Made by a program: the position numbers and the translations under genes. From an uncultured Salinisphaerales bacterium (GTDB taxonomy: Bacteria > Pseudomonadota > Gammaproteobacteria > Nevskiales > CAZYIP01), in the NCBI GenBank assembly GCA_964646895.1, contig CAZYIP010000001.1, positions 1 through 60,574 on the forward strand: DNA of 60,574 nucleotides. The letters are read 5' to 3'. Positions 30,447-40,741 of this stretch are shown here, one piece after another; position 1 is the stretch's first letter, and the number at the start of each line of letters is the position of its first letter. The notes under the pieces were generated by a model. It was not told the DNA's origin. It was given only the letters and a program-made list of their open reading frames with translations, and made no database searches.

Positions 30447-32528
30447 ATGGACGGAAACCACGGCACACCGCTGGTCATCGTTTCCATTATCGTGGCCATC
30501 ATGGCCTCGTATGCCGTATTCGATCTGGGACGGCGCGCGAGTTCCACGGCGGGGCGATGGGCCTGCGGGTGGCACCTGGGCGGTGCACTGACGGTGGCCA
30601 TCGGCCTATGGACCATGCACGTCATCGCCATACTGGCGTCGCCGCAAGCGCTCGCGATAGCACAACAGCCGCCGCTCGTACCGGTTTCGCTCATTGTCGC
30701 CGCTGCTTGTGCCCTGCCCGCGCTTGCCCTGGTGGCGCGCCCGCGCCCTTCCGTCATACGCGTTGTGGTTGCAGGCATGCTGCTGGGCATCGCGCTGGCC
30801 AGCATGCATTACACTGCGATGGCGGCGGTGCGGTTGCCCCACATCCGTTACGATCCCTGGCTGGTTGCAGCATCGATCGCCATCGCGATTATCGGCTCGA
30901 TTTCCGCCTTGTGGCTTGCGTTTCGACTCGGCAACGGTGACTCGCCGCGGTGCGTGGCAATTCGCGCGGGCGCGGCCGGAGTGCTCGGTATTGCCGCAAC
31001 CGCCTTGCACTACATGGCAGTGGCCGCTATCCCTCTCGCGCCTCTCGGCGGCTGGCCGGCGGAGCTGATCCACGGCGAAACGGTGTCGGGCGTGTCGGAG
31101 CTGGCGGTACTGGTTTCGTTATTCAGTTTCGCCATCTTCATCATCATCGTTCTGGCATCCATGTTCGATGCCCGTCTGGCCAGCCGCACCCGCCAACTGC
31201 TGGCGCGGATTCAGTACGCCAATGGTCAGCTCAGACGAGCGTTGCGAGCGCTCGAAAACAGCCAGCAGCGCTATCGCTCCCTGTTCGAAAATCATCCGGA
31301 TGCCGTGTATTCCCTGGATTTGCGCGGTCGTTTCACTGCCGCCAATCAGCAGGCGTTCGAGCTTCTGGGCGTCGGCAAGGACGATCTCGATAAACTTCGC
31401 TTCGAGAGCTGCGTGGCGCCGGAGGACGCAGCGCGTGCCAAAAGCCTGTTCGAGAAGGCCTGCGCGGGCACGTCGCAAAATGTGGATATCGACTGTCTTC
31501 ATGCGGATGGCAGCCGTTTTCGCGCCAATGTCACCCACGTGCCCATTATCGTCGGCAAACGCGTGACCGGTGTGTACGGCATCGCGAAAAACGTAAGCCG
31601 CCGTCATCAGGCGGAACAAGCGCTGGTATTGGCAGCCAATGCGTTGGAAAACACGCGGGAAGGCGTGGCCATCATCGATCCCGATCATCGGGTGGTGTTC
31701 CTCAACCGCGCGTACCACCGCATCACCGGGCGCGCGTCCCGCTCCCTGCTTGGACGGCGGCTCGATTACCCGGAGCTGCCGCGGCAATCGGCCGCATTCA
31801 TCGCCGGTGTCTGGAAACAGGTCGCCGAGCAGGGCCATTGGGAAGGCGAGATCTGGAACCGCCGTGAGAGCGGCAAACTGTATCCTGAACTGCTGAGCAT
31901 CAGCACGGTTACGGATGAGGATGACCAGATCAGCCATTATGTGCTGGTATTCAACGATATTTCGTCGTCGAAGAATTATGTGTCCCGGCTCAAATTCATA
32001 GCGCACCACGACACGCTGACAGGCATGCCGAACCGCGCCAGCCTGTGGGACCGCGGACGCGGCGCAATTGCCCGCGCAGCGCGCAACGCCAGCCTGCTCG
32101 CAATCCTGTTCATGGATCTGGATCAGTTCAAGGCGATCAACGACTCGCTGGGTCATGCGGCGGGCGACGAGGTCCTCAGGCAAGCCGCCATCCGGCTCAA
32201 GAGTTGCCTGCGCGACACCGACACTCTCGCGCGGCTGGGCGGTGACGAGTTCGTTCTGATGCTGGAGGGCCTGAAACGCCCCGAAGACGCCGTGCGCGTT
32301 GCCGAGGCAGTGCAGCATGGCTTTGCCCTGCCATTCCAGTACGCCGACCGGAAACTGTTCCTTTCGGCCAGCATCGGGATCAGTTGCTATCCCCGCGACG
32401 GGACCGATTTCGATACTCTGATGAAATGCGCCGACGCAGCGATGTACCAGTGCAAGCGTGACGGGGACCGCTGGTATCGTTTTTTCTCGTCGGAATCGGC
32501 TGCCGATGCCGCTGAAGCGCCGGCATGA
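30447..32528 (+). CDS. MHYT-domain / PAS / PAS / GGDEF diguanylate cyclase
   Basis: Three membrane MHYT-type motifs ('MHVIAI', 'MHYTAMAAV', 'LHYMAVAAI'). Two PAS-like segments. 'LGGDEFVLML' active site with 'FKAINDSLGHAAGD'. No EAL domain. Confidence 0.9.
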   Translation: MDGNHGTPLVIVSIIVAIMASYAVFDLGRRASSTAGRWACGWHLGGALTVAIGLWTMHVIAILASPQALAIAQQPPLVPVSLIVAAACALPALALVARPRPSVIRVVVAGMLLGIALASMHYTAMAAVRLPHIRYDPWLVAASIAIAIIGSISALWLAFRLGNGDSPRCVAIRAGAAGVLGIAATALHYMAVAAIPLAPLGGWPAELIHGETVSGVSELAVLVSLFSFAIFIIIVLASMFDARLASRTRQLLARIQYANGQLRRALRALENSQQRYRSLFENHPDAVYSLDLRGRFTAANQQAFELLGVGKDDLDKLRFESCVAPEDAARAKSLFEKACAGTSQNVDIDCLHADGSRFRANVTHVPIIVGKRVTGVYGIAKNVSRRHQAEQALVLAANALENTREGVAIIDPDHRVVFLNRAYHRITGRASRSLLGRRLDYPELPRQSAAFIAGVWKQVAEQGHWEGEIWNRRESGKLYPELLSISTVTDEDDQISHYVLVFNDISSSKNYVSRLKFIAHHDTLTGMPNRASLWDRGRGAIARAARNASLLAILFMDLDQFKAINDSLGHAAGDEVLRQAAIRLKSCLRDTDTLARLGGDEFVLMLEGLKRPEDAVRVAEAVQHGFALPFQYADRKLFLSASIGISCYPRDGTDFDTLMKCADAAMYQCKRDGDRWYRFFSSESAADAAEAPA

Positions 32529-32794
32529 TGAAAAACAACTCTGCCCAGGCCGGCGCGCAGCATGATCCGCCACCGCCGAACATGGCACTGCAGTACGCCA
32601 ATGATCGGGCGAAACTAACCGTTTGTCGTAACGTTTTTGGCGGAATTTCGCGTATTGCGGCCATGCAAGCCCAGGCCCGGAACCGGATCTCCCGCGTTAA
32701 GTGCCCAATCGCAAGCCTGATCGTGCAGTAACGACACGATATTTGCCCCGAACGTCCGAATCGAGCCGCGAATTACGCGATATTGTGCGGCAAG

Positions 32795-32821
32795 CCCAAT
32801 TGCGGAGCCCGCAATTGCGGG
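32795..32821. promoter_or_regulatory. Tandem AATTGCGG palindromic sites upstream of tagH (candidate operator pair)
   Basis: Perfect 14-bp palindrome CCCGCAATTGCGGG at 32808-32821 plus a degenerate copy GCCCAATTGCGG at 32794-32805, with centres 14 bp apart, ~110 nt upstream of the tagH ATG. The core 12-mer CCGCAATTGCGG is identical to the site at 25745-25756. Confidence 0.5.
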
Positions 32822-32929
32822 CACGCCGGCGCATGGAGTAAATTGCCGCGCAAGGGCCGTGCACCAAACAAAAGCCGAAGCAGACGCGCGCGCTCCGTTA
32901 TCCGCCCTGGCCATCAAAATGAGTCACAC

Positions 32930-34384
32930 ATGTCGTTGACGCTGCAGGTCGTCCGCTACCAGGGTGCGACGCCGGCGCACCCGGTGTCGGTCTCTGTCAA
33001 TCAGCAGCCGGTCATCATCGGACGGCGGCCGGACTGCGATTTGCTTCTGGCCGACCCCGAACGCTTCATTTCCAGCCAGCACGCACAGGTATCGTGGAAT
33101 AACGGCGCCTATTATCTGGCCGACACCAGCACCAATGGCACCTACATCAACCACGCGGAGACACCGGTCGGGCAGGACGGTGCGGTACAACTCAACGACG
33201 GCGACGAAATCACCATAGGCGACTACGACATACAGGTTCACGTCAGCGCTGCGACTGCGCCCGAAGTTGCCACCATTCCACCCGCGCCGCAGGACCCTTT
33301 CGGCAGCGTGGCACCGCCACCGCCAGCCGCACCACCGCCACCTGACGCCGGCATGAGCTCGCCGCCGTTCGCGCCGCCTCCCCTGATACCGGAGGATCCC
33401 GTGGTCGGTGGCGATGAACCGCTCGATCCATTGCAACTGATCGACGGTGTAGCGGACGAATTTTCCAGCCCTGGGCAGCCCTGGCCGGGCGCACAGTCCG
33501 ATCCGTCGTCGGTGCTGCACGACGTCGACCATGCGCAGGAACCGCCAGCGGATGCCTGGCTCGGCCAGTCCGGCTCCGTGCCCGACGATATTCCGGCCGA
33601 TCAGGCGTACTTCGCGCCGCCACAAGCCATCCCCGAAGATTGGGACGTGCTTGACGACACATCCGAGCCACCGCCACCGCAGCCGGCACCACAACCCGCG
33701 CCTGTTGCACCACCACAACCCGAGCCGCCGCCTGCCGCACCAGTGGCCGCGCCGGCAACACCGGCGACGCCACCCGCTGTCGACGCCGATGCCGCCCGTG
33801 CGCTGCTTGCGGGTCTGGGGCTGGAAAAGGTCCAGCTCGACAGTGCGGAAACAGCCCGGCTGATGCAGCTGGTCGGCGAATTGCTGCGCGAAATGACCAC
33901 CGGCGTCATGCGCATTCTGGCCAATCGCGCCAGCCTCAAGAATCAGATGCGCATGGACATGACCACGATCAAGGCGGCGGAAAACAATCCCCTCAAGTTT
34001 TCCAGCGGGGCCGAAGATGCCCTCAACCGCCTGCTGATCAACCCGGGACAGGGCTATCTGCCACCGCGGCGCGCGGTGCGCGAGGCGATCGACGATCTGC
34101 AGGTGCACGAGCTGGCCCTGATGGCCGGTCTGCGGGCCGCGTTGACGGCACAGTTCGAACGCCTGGCGCCGCAGCAGGTGGAACAGCGGGTAAAGCGATC
34201 ATCCCTGCTCGGCTCATCGCGCAAGGCCCACTGCTGGGAACAGTACATCACCTTGTACAAGCAACTGCGCAACCAGGCCGAGGACGATGCGCTGCGCCTG
34301 GCCGGCGATGCATTCATGGAAGCCTACGAAGCCCAGGTACGGCAGATCGGAGCGGCGCGGGACAAGGGTGACGACGAGCGCTGA
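32930..34384 (+). CDS. tagH: T6SS FHA-domain protein TagH/Fha (ImpI/VasC family)
   Basis: FHA core 'IIGRRPDCDLLLADPERFISSQHAQVSWNNGAYYLADTSTNGTYIN'. Pro-rich linker. Conserved ImpI-type C-terminal domain. ATG 32930; the tracked ORF starts at 32783. Confidence 0.85.
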   Translation: MSLTLQVVRYQGATPAHPVSVSVNQQPVIIGRRPDCDLLLADPERFISSQHAQVSWNNGAYYLADTSTNGTYINHAETPVGQDGAVQLNDGDEITIGDYDIQVHVSAATAPEVATIPPAPQDPFGSVAPPPPAAPPPPDAGMSSPPFAPPPLIPEDPVVGGDEPLDPLQLIDGVADEFSSPGQPWPGAQSDPSSVLHDVDHAQEPPADAWLGQSGSVPDDIPADQAYFAPPQAIPEDWDVLDDTSEPPPPQPAPQPAPVAPPQPEPPPAAPVAAPATPATPPAVDADAARALLAGLGLEKVQLDSAETARLMQLVGELLREMTTGVMRILANRASLKNQMRMDMTTIKAAENNPLKFSSGAEDALNRLLINPGQGYLPPRRAVREAIDDLQVHELALMAGLRAALTAQFERLAPQQVEQRVKRSSLLGSSRKAHCWEQYITLYKQLRNQAEDDALRLAGDAFMEAYEAQVRQIGAARDKGDDER

Positions 34385-34442
34385 GCACAGGCGCCACAGA
34401 ACAGCGAATCTCAACCAACCGACAACGATCCGGGGATCCTTC

Positions 34443-34940
34443 ATGAAAATTTCGCGTCACATGCTCGCCGCCCTGCTGTGGCTGACCCTGCCGGCCGCCC
34501 TCCTCTCCCTCGGTGGCTGTTCGTCCCTCAATCCGTTCGGCCCTGGTCCCACCAGCGTTGCGGCGACGGTAAGCGCGACTCCCAACGTCAACCCCAATGC
34601 CGACGGGCGTCCATCGCCCATCGTGGTGCGCATTTATTACCTGAGCGACAAGGCACCCTTCGAGAATGCGGATTTCTTCACCCTGTTCGACAAGGACGCG
34701 GCGGCGCTCGGCAGCGCCATGCTCAGCCGGCATGAATACGAACTGAAACCCGGCGCCAGCCGGAAGCTCGAAGAGAAACCACCGCAGGGCGCCAACTATA
34801 TTGCAGCGCTGGCCGCATATCAGGACATCGACGGCGCCCGCTGGCGCGCCGTCTACCCGATCGAGCCGCATCAGGACAACCGCATCACGATCCAGATCGG
34901 TGCGGATGCAGTATCCGTTATCGCCGCGACCGACGACTGA
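34443..34940 (+). CDS. tssJ: T6SS outer-membrane lipoprotein TssJ
   Basis: Lipobox 'LSLGGCSS'. ~165 aa. 'PIVVRIYYLSD...FFTLF' is typical of TssJ/SciN. Positioned between tagH and tssK. Confidence 0.75.
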   Translation: MKISRHMLAALLWLTLPAALLSLGGCSSLNPFGPGPTSVAATVSATPNVNPNADGRPSPIVVRIYYLSDKAPFENADFFTLFDKDAAALGSAMLSRHEYELKPGASRKLEEKPPQGANYIAALAAYQDIDGARWRAVYPIEPHQDNRITIQIGADAVSVIAATDD

Positions 34941-34978
34941 CATAGCCAGGGCCTGTTGACGGGCCCCAGGAGAACGAA

Positions 34979-36313
34979 ATGTCCTGGCGCAACAAGGTCG
35001 TATGGTCGGAAGGCTTGTTCCTGCGACCACAGCACCTGCAGCAGCACGACCGCTACATCGAACACCTGATCCACGCCGCCGGCCGCGGGCGGGTCTGCGC
35101 ATGGGGAGTCGATGCGCTCGAAATCGACCGCGACCTGCTCGCGCTGGGCAAATTCTCGCTGGCGCGGTGCCGCGGTGTCATGCCGGACGGCACCCCTTTT
35201 AATGTCCCCGACGACGACCCGCCGCCACCCCCCCTGGAGCCCGGCACCGATGTGCACGGGCAGATCGTGTATCTCGCACTGCCGGTGCGCCAGGCGGGCA
35301 CGGCCGAGGCCGCCCTCGACGAGTCCGTCACCGGCATGCATCGCTATCGCGCCGAGCCGCTGGATGTACGCGACGGCATCGCCGGCATGAACACGACGGC
35401 CAGCGTCGCGGTCGGCCGCCTGTGTCTGCGCTCGATGCTGCAGCAGGAGGACCGCAGCGGCTATGCCTGCATTCCCGTGGCCCATATCGCGGAATGCCGC
35501 GCCGACAAGCAGATCATCCTCGACGAGGAGTTCATGCCCACCAGCCTGGACTACAAGGCCACGCCGCGGCTGGCGAGCTTCATGACCGAGTTGCGCGGAC
35601 TGCTGCGCTATCGCGCCGAGTCCCTGGCCGGGCGCATCAGCGCCTCGGGGCGTGGCGGCGCGGCGGAAATTGCGGATTTCATGCTGTTGCAGGCCGTCAA
35701 TCGCATGGAGCCGCTGATCGCCCACCTGGGCAACGTGCGTGGTTTGCACCCGGAACAGGTCTACCGCCAGTTCGTCCAGATCGCCGGCGAACTCGCCACT
35801 TTCACCAGCAAGGAAAAACAGGCACCGGAGTTTCCGGCCTATCAGCATGAAGATCTGCGCGCCACCTTTACGCCCGTGATTGCCGCGCTGCGCCAGTCCC
35901 TGTCCATGGTGATGGAGCAAAACGCCATCCCGGTTCCGCTCCAGGAGCGCAAATTCGGGGTACGCGTGGCGCCCATCGCCGACCACAAGCTGTTGCAGGA
36001 TGCGACCTTCGTCCTGGCCGTCAATGCCGACGTTCCGAGCGACACGCTGCGCAGCCGGTTTCCTACCCAGATCAAGATCGGCCCTACCGAGCAGATCCGG
36101 CAACTGGTCAACCTGCAGCTGCCGGGCATCGGGCTGCGGCCGCTACCGGTCGCGCCCAGGCAGATTCCTTATCACGCCGGTTTTACCTATTTCGAACTGG
36201 ACCGGAGCAGCCAGTTCTGGAAGCAGCTGGAGAGTTCCGGCGGCTTTGCGATGCACATTGCGGGTAATTTTCCGGGGCTGGAACTCGAATTCTGGGCGAT
36301 CAGGGCCCGTTAA
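34979..36313 (+). CDS. tssK: T6SS baseplate/membrane-complex connector TssK (ImpJ/VasE)
   Basis: 'VVWSEGLFLRPQHLQQHDRY' is the hallmark TssK N-terminus. 444 aa. Confidence 0.9.
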   Translation: MSWRNKVVWSEGLFLRPQHLQQHDRYIEHLIHAAGRGRVCAWGVDALEIDRDLLALGKFSLARCRGVMPDGTPFNVPDDDPPPPPLEPGTDVHGQIVYLALPVRQAGTAEAALDESVTGMHRYRAEPLDVRDGIAGMNTTASVAVGRLCLRSMLQQEDRSGYACIPVAHIAECRADKQIILDEEFMPTSLDYKATPRLASFMTELRGLLRYRAESLAGRISASGRGGAAEIADFMLLQAVNRMEPLIAHLGNVRGLHPEQVYRQFVQIAGELATFTSKEKQAPEFPAYQHEDLRATFTPVIAALRQSLSMVMEQNAIPVPLQERKFGVRVAPIADHKLLQDATFVLAVNADVPSDTLRSRFPTQIKIGPTEQIRQLVNLQLPGIGLRPLPVAPRQIPYHAGFTYFELDRSSQFWKQLESSGGFAMHIAGNFPGLELEFWAIRAR

Positions 36314-36339
36314 CGATTACCCACTGGGGATGAGCGGCC

Positions 36340-37272
36340 ATGAGTGACGACGATAAAACGGTGATGCGGCAGCCTCTGGCCGACGACCGCACAGTGATGC
36401 GCCCACGCCCCGGCGGCAACCGCGGCGCGACCCCACCGCCATCGGCGCCGCCACCAACGGCACCGGCCGCACCGCCGCCGCCGCAAACAGGCGCGGCGCC
36501 CGTGCCGCTACCGCTGTCCACGGCTGGCATCAATCCGCTGGTGGCCGCGGCCTCGACCCTGCTGGCGCTGATCAATCAGTTGCGCGGTACCGCGCAACAG
36601 GGCGATGTCAACCTGCTGCGCACCCAGATCATGCACGCCATACGCGCATTCGAACGCGATGCGCAGGGCGCGGGCGTCAGCCGCGAGATGACGCTCACCG
36701 GGAGATACATTCTGTGCGCCGCGCTCGACGAAACCGTGCTCGGGACACCCTGGGGCAGCAACAGCTTCTGGAGCAGTCACAGCCTGCTGAGCACCTTTCA
36801 CAACGAAACCTGGGGCGGCGAAAAAGTCTTCATTTTGCTCGAGCGTTTCAGTCAGGCGCCGGCGGCACACCTGGACATGCTTGAGCTGATCTACCTCTGC
36901 CTCAGCCTCGGCTTTCGCGGCAAGTACATGATCATGCAGGGTGGCGCGGAGCATCTGGAAACGGTGCGCCTGCGCCTGTACGAGCAGATCCGCGCCCAGC
37001 GACCGGCGTTCGAGCGCGAGCTCTCACCCCACTGGCAACCGCAGGCGAGCGCCCGCGGCGGGCTGCGACGCTACCTGCCGCTGTGGGTGGTGGCCGCCTG
37101 TGCGGGTGCGGTACTGGTACTGGTGTATATCGGACTCACCTTCTGGCTCGGCACCCTGGCCAGCCCGCTCGAACACGAACTGCAACGTATCGGCACTGAA
37201 TATGCCGCGGTCTCGACCGCGCCTCCTCCAACGCAGGATGTCGCCGGCGCTGGCGCGGGGGCACACGAATGA
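36340..37272 (+). CDS. tssL: T6SS inner-membrane protein TssL (DotU/IcmH family), no OmpA/PG-binding extension
   Basis: Pro-rich N-terminus, DotU core ('NPLVAAASTLLALINQLR...YLCLSLGFRGKY') and a single C-terminal TM helix. Stop overlaps the tssM start (ATGA). Confidence 0.85.
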   Translation: MSDDDKTVMRQPLADDRTVMRPRPGGNRGATPPPSAPPPTAPAAPPPPQTGAAPVPLPLSTAGINPLVAAASTLLALINQLRGTAQQGDVNLLRTQIMHAIRAFERDAQGAGVSREMTLTGRYILCAALDETVLGTPWGSNSFWSSHSLLSTFHNETWGGEKVFILLERFSQAPAAHLDMLELIYLCLSLGFRGKYMIMQGGAEHLETVRLRLYEQIRAQRPAFERELSPHWQPQASARGGLRRYLPLWVVAACAGAVLVLVYIGLTFWLGTLASPLEHELQRIGTEYAAVSTAPPPTQDVAGAGAGAHE

Positions 37273-40200
37273 AGGCGGTGAAGGACTTCTTCAGGCAGCG
37301 ATGGGTCATCACGCTGATCGGACTGATCGCGCTGATCATCCTGGTCTGGTTCGGTGGCCCCTACCTGGGGCTGGGGTCTTCGCAGCCCCTGGCGAGCCGG
37401 TTCAGCCGCCTGTTGCTGGTGCTGATTCTGGTGATCATCTGGGGGTTGCACAATCTGTGGCTGCAGTTGCGCAGCCGTCAGACCAATGCCCGCATGGTCG
37501 AAGACATGGGGCAGGCGGAGGACGACGGGGCGGCACTCACCCAGCAGTCGGCCGAAGAAGCGGCCACCCTGCGCGAGCGCTTCGGCGAAGCCATGGCGAT
37601 CCTCAAGCGCACCCGGATGCAGGGCAGCCGCGGCCGGCACTATGTTTACGAGTTGCCCTGGTACGTCATCATCGGCCCGCCCGGCGCCGGCAAGACTACC
37701 GCGCTGGCCAACTCGGGCCTGGAGTTTCCGCTGGCCGAGCACTTCGGCAAGGACGCGGTGCGCGGGGTCGGCGGCACCCGCAACTGCGACTGGTGGTTCA
37801 CCAACGACGCGGTCCTGCTGGACACGGCCGGCCGCTACACCACCCAGGACAGCCAGCAGAGCGTTGATAGTGCCGCCTGGCACAATTTTCTGTCATTGCT
37901 CAAAAAGTTCCGCCCACGCCGCCCCATCAATGGCATTCTCGTCGCCATCAGTCTGGATGACGTGGCGCAGCAGGGCAGCGAGGCACGTGAGCAGCATGCG
38001 CGTGCGATCCGCCAGCGCATCGGCGAGCTGTATGAACGCCTCGGCGTGCAGGTTCCGATCTACCTGATCTTCACCAAGGTGGACCTGCTCGCCGGTTTTA
38101 CCGAAGTCTTCGACGACATGGATCGCGAGCAGCGTGCCCAGGTCTGGGGGGTCACGCTGGATGGCTCGGAGGCGCCGGGGGCCGACGGAATCGCCGCCCG
38201 CTTTGGCGCCGAATACGACGCCCTGCTGGCTCGCATCAACCAGCGCATGCTGTGGCGCCTGCAGGAAGAACGGGATGTGACCCGGCGCGGTCTGATCCAT
38301 GGCTTTCCGCAGCAAATGGCGACCATCAAGCCGGCGCTGGAAAACTTTCTCGAAATCGCGTTCCGCTCCAACCGCTATGAGCAGAAAGCACCCCGGGTGC
38401 GCGGCATCTACTTCACCAGCGGAACCCAGGAAGGCGCGCCGATCGATCGCATCATGGCGTCGCTGGCGCGCAACTTCGGCGTTGGTGCACAGGCACTGGC
38501 CGCGCATCGCAACCAGGGGCGCAGTTACTTTCTCACCCGTTTGCTGCGCGATGTCGTATTCCACGAAGCAGAACTGGTAGGCACCAATCGCCGCTTCGAG
38601 AAGCAACTGCGCCTGCTGCGGATCGGCGGCTACGCCGTCGTGCTCGGGCTGGGTGCGCTGGTGATCGTCGCCTGGGCGGCCGGTTTCGCACGCAATCAAA
38701 GCTATCTCAGCGCGCTCGATCAGCGCGTCAACGATTATCACACGGCTGCTCACGCCCTGACACCGCAGGCGGATCTGACCCAGGCATTGCCGGTACTCAA
38801 TGCCGCTGGCAACCTTGCAGGCACTTACACTCAAAATGGCGATCACAGCCCGTGGACGCTGGGCATGGGGCTGTTCCACGCACGCGAACTCGCGAGCGAG
38901 TCGCGGGCCGCCTACCGCCGGGTGCTCCAGGGCTTGCTGTTGCCTTACCTGGATCGGCGCGTCGAGTCGGCACTCATTCGCGATGCCGAGCACCCGGAAG
39001 CTCTGCAAAAGGCGCTGACCGTTTATCTCATGCTGGGCTCGCCGGACACCCTGCAGCCAACGGTCGTCCAGCGCTGGGCATTGCAGGACGTGGCGTCATC
39101 GCTGGGCGATGGCACCCAGGGCCGCACCCAGTTTCAGGGTCATCTGGAAAACCTGTTTTCCGGCCCGGTGCCCGCGAGCCAGCCCGACCCGCAGCTGCTC
39201 GCCCAGGCCCGCCAGGCCGTATGCCGCATTCCGCTGGCGGATCAGGTCTATAGTCGTCTTGTGCAGTTGGCCGAAGGCGCGAAGCTGCCGTCCTTCTCGC
39301 TGAATACCGCAGGCCCGGACGTGGCGCGCTATTTCCGTGCGAGTGCCGGCGGCGAAATACCCGGCCTGTACACGGCGCACGGCTATCAAACGATCATGGT
39401 CAAGGAAACGCCCGCGCTCACGTCGCAGGTCATCGACCAGAATCGCCGGGTGTGCGAAGGCTTCGACACCGCATCAGCCGATGCCAAAGCGATATCCAGC
39501 CAGATCCAGAAACGTTATTTTTCAGAATATACAACCAAGTGGGATACATTCCTAAGTAACCTTCACATCACCGGTTTCGAGGGCGCCGCACAATCGGCTA
39601 CCACCCTCAAGGCTTTGTCCGGCGACGACTCTCCCATGGCGAAGCTGCTCACCGCGATTGCCGGGCAACTGGCCTTGCCGGCCGCCGCACCCGCGGCTTC
39701 GCCCGCAGCCAGCGACGAAAGCAAGAAGGCGCCGGAAACGCAACTGGTCAGTGCGCATTATCGCGATCTCGTCGCCCTGACTGCTGCGAAAGGCGACAAT
39801 CCACCACCGCTCGCGGGCCTTCTCGCTACCCTGGGCGAGGTACGCGACTACCTGTTTACCATTACCGCCAGCGCCGACAGTGGCAAGGCGGCCTACACGG
39901 CGGCGGCCCAGAGCATGGCCAGTGGCGGTGATGCCAGCATCGCCAAGCTGCGGCGCATGGCGGCTGACCTGCCCGCTCCGGTCGCCGGCTGGATGAACGT
40001 GGCTGCGACGCACGTCTGGGGCAGTGTGCTCGGCGGCGCGCACCACTACGTCAATCAGCAATGGCGGGCCATCGTGGTGGAGCCCTACCGCGCCAGCCTG
40101 CAAGGCCGCTATCCCCTGTCCCGCGATGCTTCCAAACAGGCCACCCTCGCGGATTTCGGCCGCTTCTTCGGTCCCGGCGGGATTCTTCCCGGTTTCGTCA

Positions 40201-40736
40201 AGGATTACCTGCAACCGTTCGTCGACACCCGTACCTGGCGGCTCAACTCCGCTGGCCACGGTACTCTCGGCCTGTCGTCGGCCAGTCTCCGCATGCTGCG
40301 TAACGGCGCGGCGATCGGGAGGTTGTTCTTTCATGAGGGTGGGCAGCAGCCGGAGATCAAGTTCAGCCTCACGCCCGTCGATCTCAGCGCCGGCGCAAGC
40401 CGGTTCACGCTCGATGTGGGCGGCCAGTCCATCGAGTACCGGCATGGGCCCAGGCGGCGCTCGAACATGCAGTGGCCGGGCCCGGACGGTCAGGGCGCGC
40501 GCCTCGTCTTCCGGCAGATCGGCGGCGGTGACCTCACCAGCGCACAGGATGGGCCATGGGCATGGTTCAAGTTGCTGGATGCGGCGAAGCTGGAGGCAGG
40601 CGGCAGTGCCGATATCGTCAAGGTGACCTTCAGCGCCGGCAAGCTGCAGGCGCGTTATCAACTGCGCGCCAGCAGCGTGAACAATCCGTTCAGCAGCGAC
40701 GCACTGCGGCAATTCCACTTGCCGGACGCCCTGTAA
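37269..40736 (+). CDS. tssM: T6SS inner-membrane protein TssM (IcmF/VasK) with Walker A
   Basis: 1155 aa. N-terminal TM helices. 'GPPGAGKTT' P-loop. IcmF-type periplasmic C-terminal region. Confidence 0.9.
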   Translation: MKAVKDFFRQRWVITLIGLIALIILVWFGGPYLGLGSSQPLASRFSRLLLVLILVIIWGLHNLWLQLRSRQTNARMVEDMGQAEDDGAALTQQSAEEAATLRERFGEAMAILKRTRMQGSRGRHYVYELPWYVIIGPPGAGKTTALANSGLEFPLAEHFGKDAVRGVGGTRNCDWWFTNDAVLLDTAGRYTTQDSQQSVDSAAWHNFLSLLKKFRPRRPINGILVAISLDDVAQQGSEAREQHARAIRQRIGELYERLGVQVPIYLIFTKVDLLAGFTEVFDDMDREQRAQVWGVTLDGSEAPGADGIAARFGAEYDALLARINQRMLWRLQEERDVTRRGLIHGFPQQMATIKPALENFLEIAFRSNRYEQKAPRVRGIYFTSGTQEGAPIDRIMASLARNFGVGAQALAAHRNQGRSYFLTRLLRDVVFHEAELVGTNRRFEKQLRLLRIGGYAVVLGLGALVIVAWAAGFARNQSYLSALDQRVNDYHTAAHALTPQADLTQALPVLNAAGNLAGTYTQNGDHSPWTLGMGLFHARELASESRAAYRRVLQGLLLPYLDRRVESALIRDAEHPEALQKALTVYLMLGSPDTLQPTVVQRWALQDVASSLGDGTQGRTQFQGHLENLFSGPVPASQPDPQLLAQARQAVCRIPLADQVYSRLVQLAEGAKLPSFSLNTAGPDVARYFRASAGGEIPGLYTAHGYQTIMVKETPALTSQVIDQNRRVCEGFDTASADAKAISSQIQKRYFSEYTTKWDTFLSNLHITGFEGAAQSATTLKALSGDDSPMAKLLTAIAGQLALPAAAPAASPAASDESKKAPETQLVSAHYRDLVALTAAKGDNPPPLAGLLATLGEVRDYLFTITASADSGKAAYTAAAQSMASGGDASIAKLRRMAADLPAPVAGWMNVAATHVWGSVLGGAHHYVNQQWRAIVVEPYRASLQGRYPLSRDASKQATLADFGRFFGPGGILPGFVKDYLQPFVDTRTWRLNSAGHGTLGLSSASLRMLRNGAAIGRLFFHEGGQQPEIKFSLTPVDLSAGASRFTLDVGGQSIEYRHGPRRRSNMQWPGPDGQGARLVFRQIGGGDLTSAQDGPWAWFKLLDAAKLEAGGSADIVKVTFSAGKLQARYQLRASSVNNPFSSDALRQFHLPDAL

Positions 40737-40741
40737 GCGCG

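Noticed and set aside
32835-32860. Possible sigma-54 promoter (TGGAGTAAATTGC) upstream of tagH.
   Set aside because: The GG-to-GC spacing is two nucleotides shorter than the TGGCAC-N5-TTGC consensus, and the -24 element is poor. No bEBP gene is in the window.
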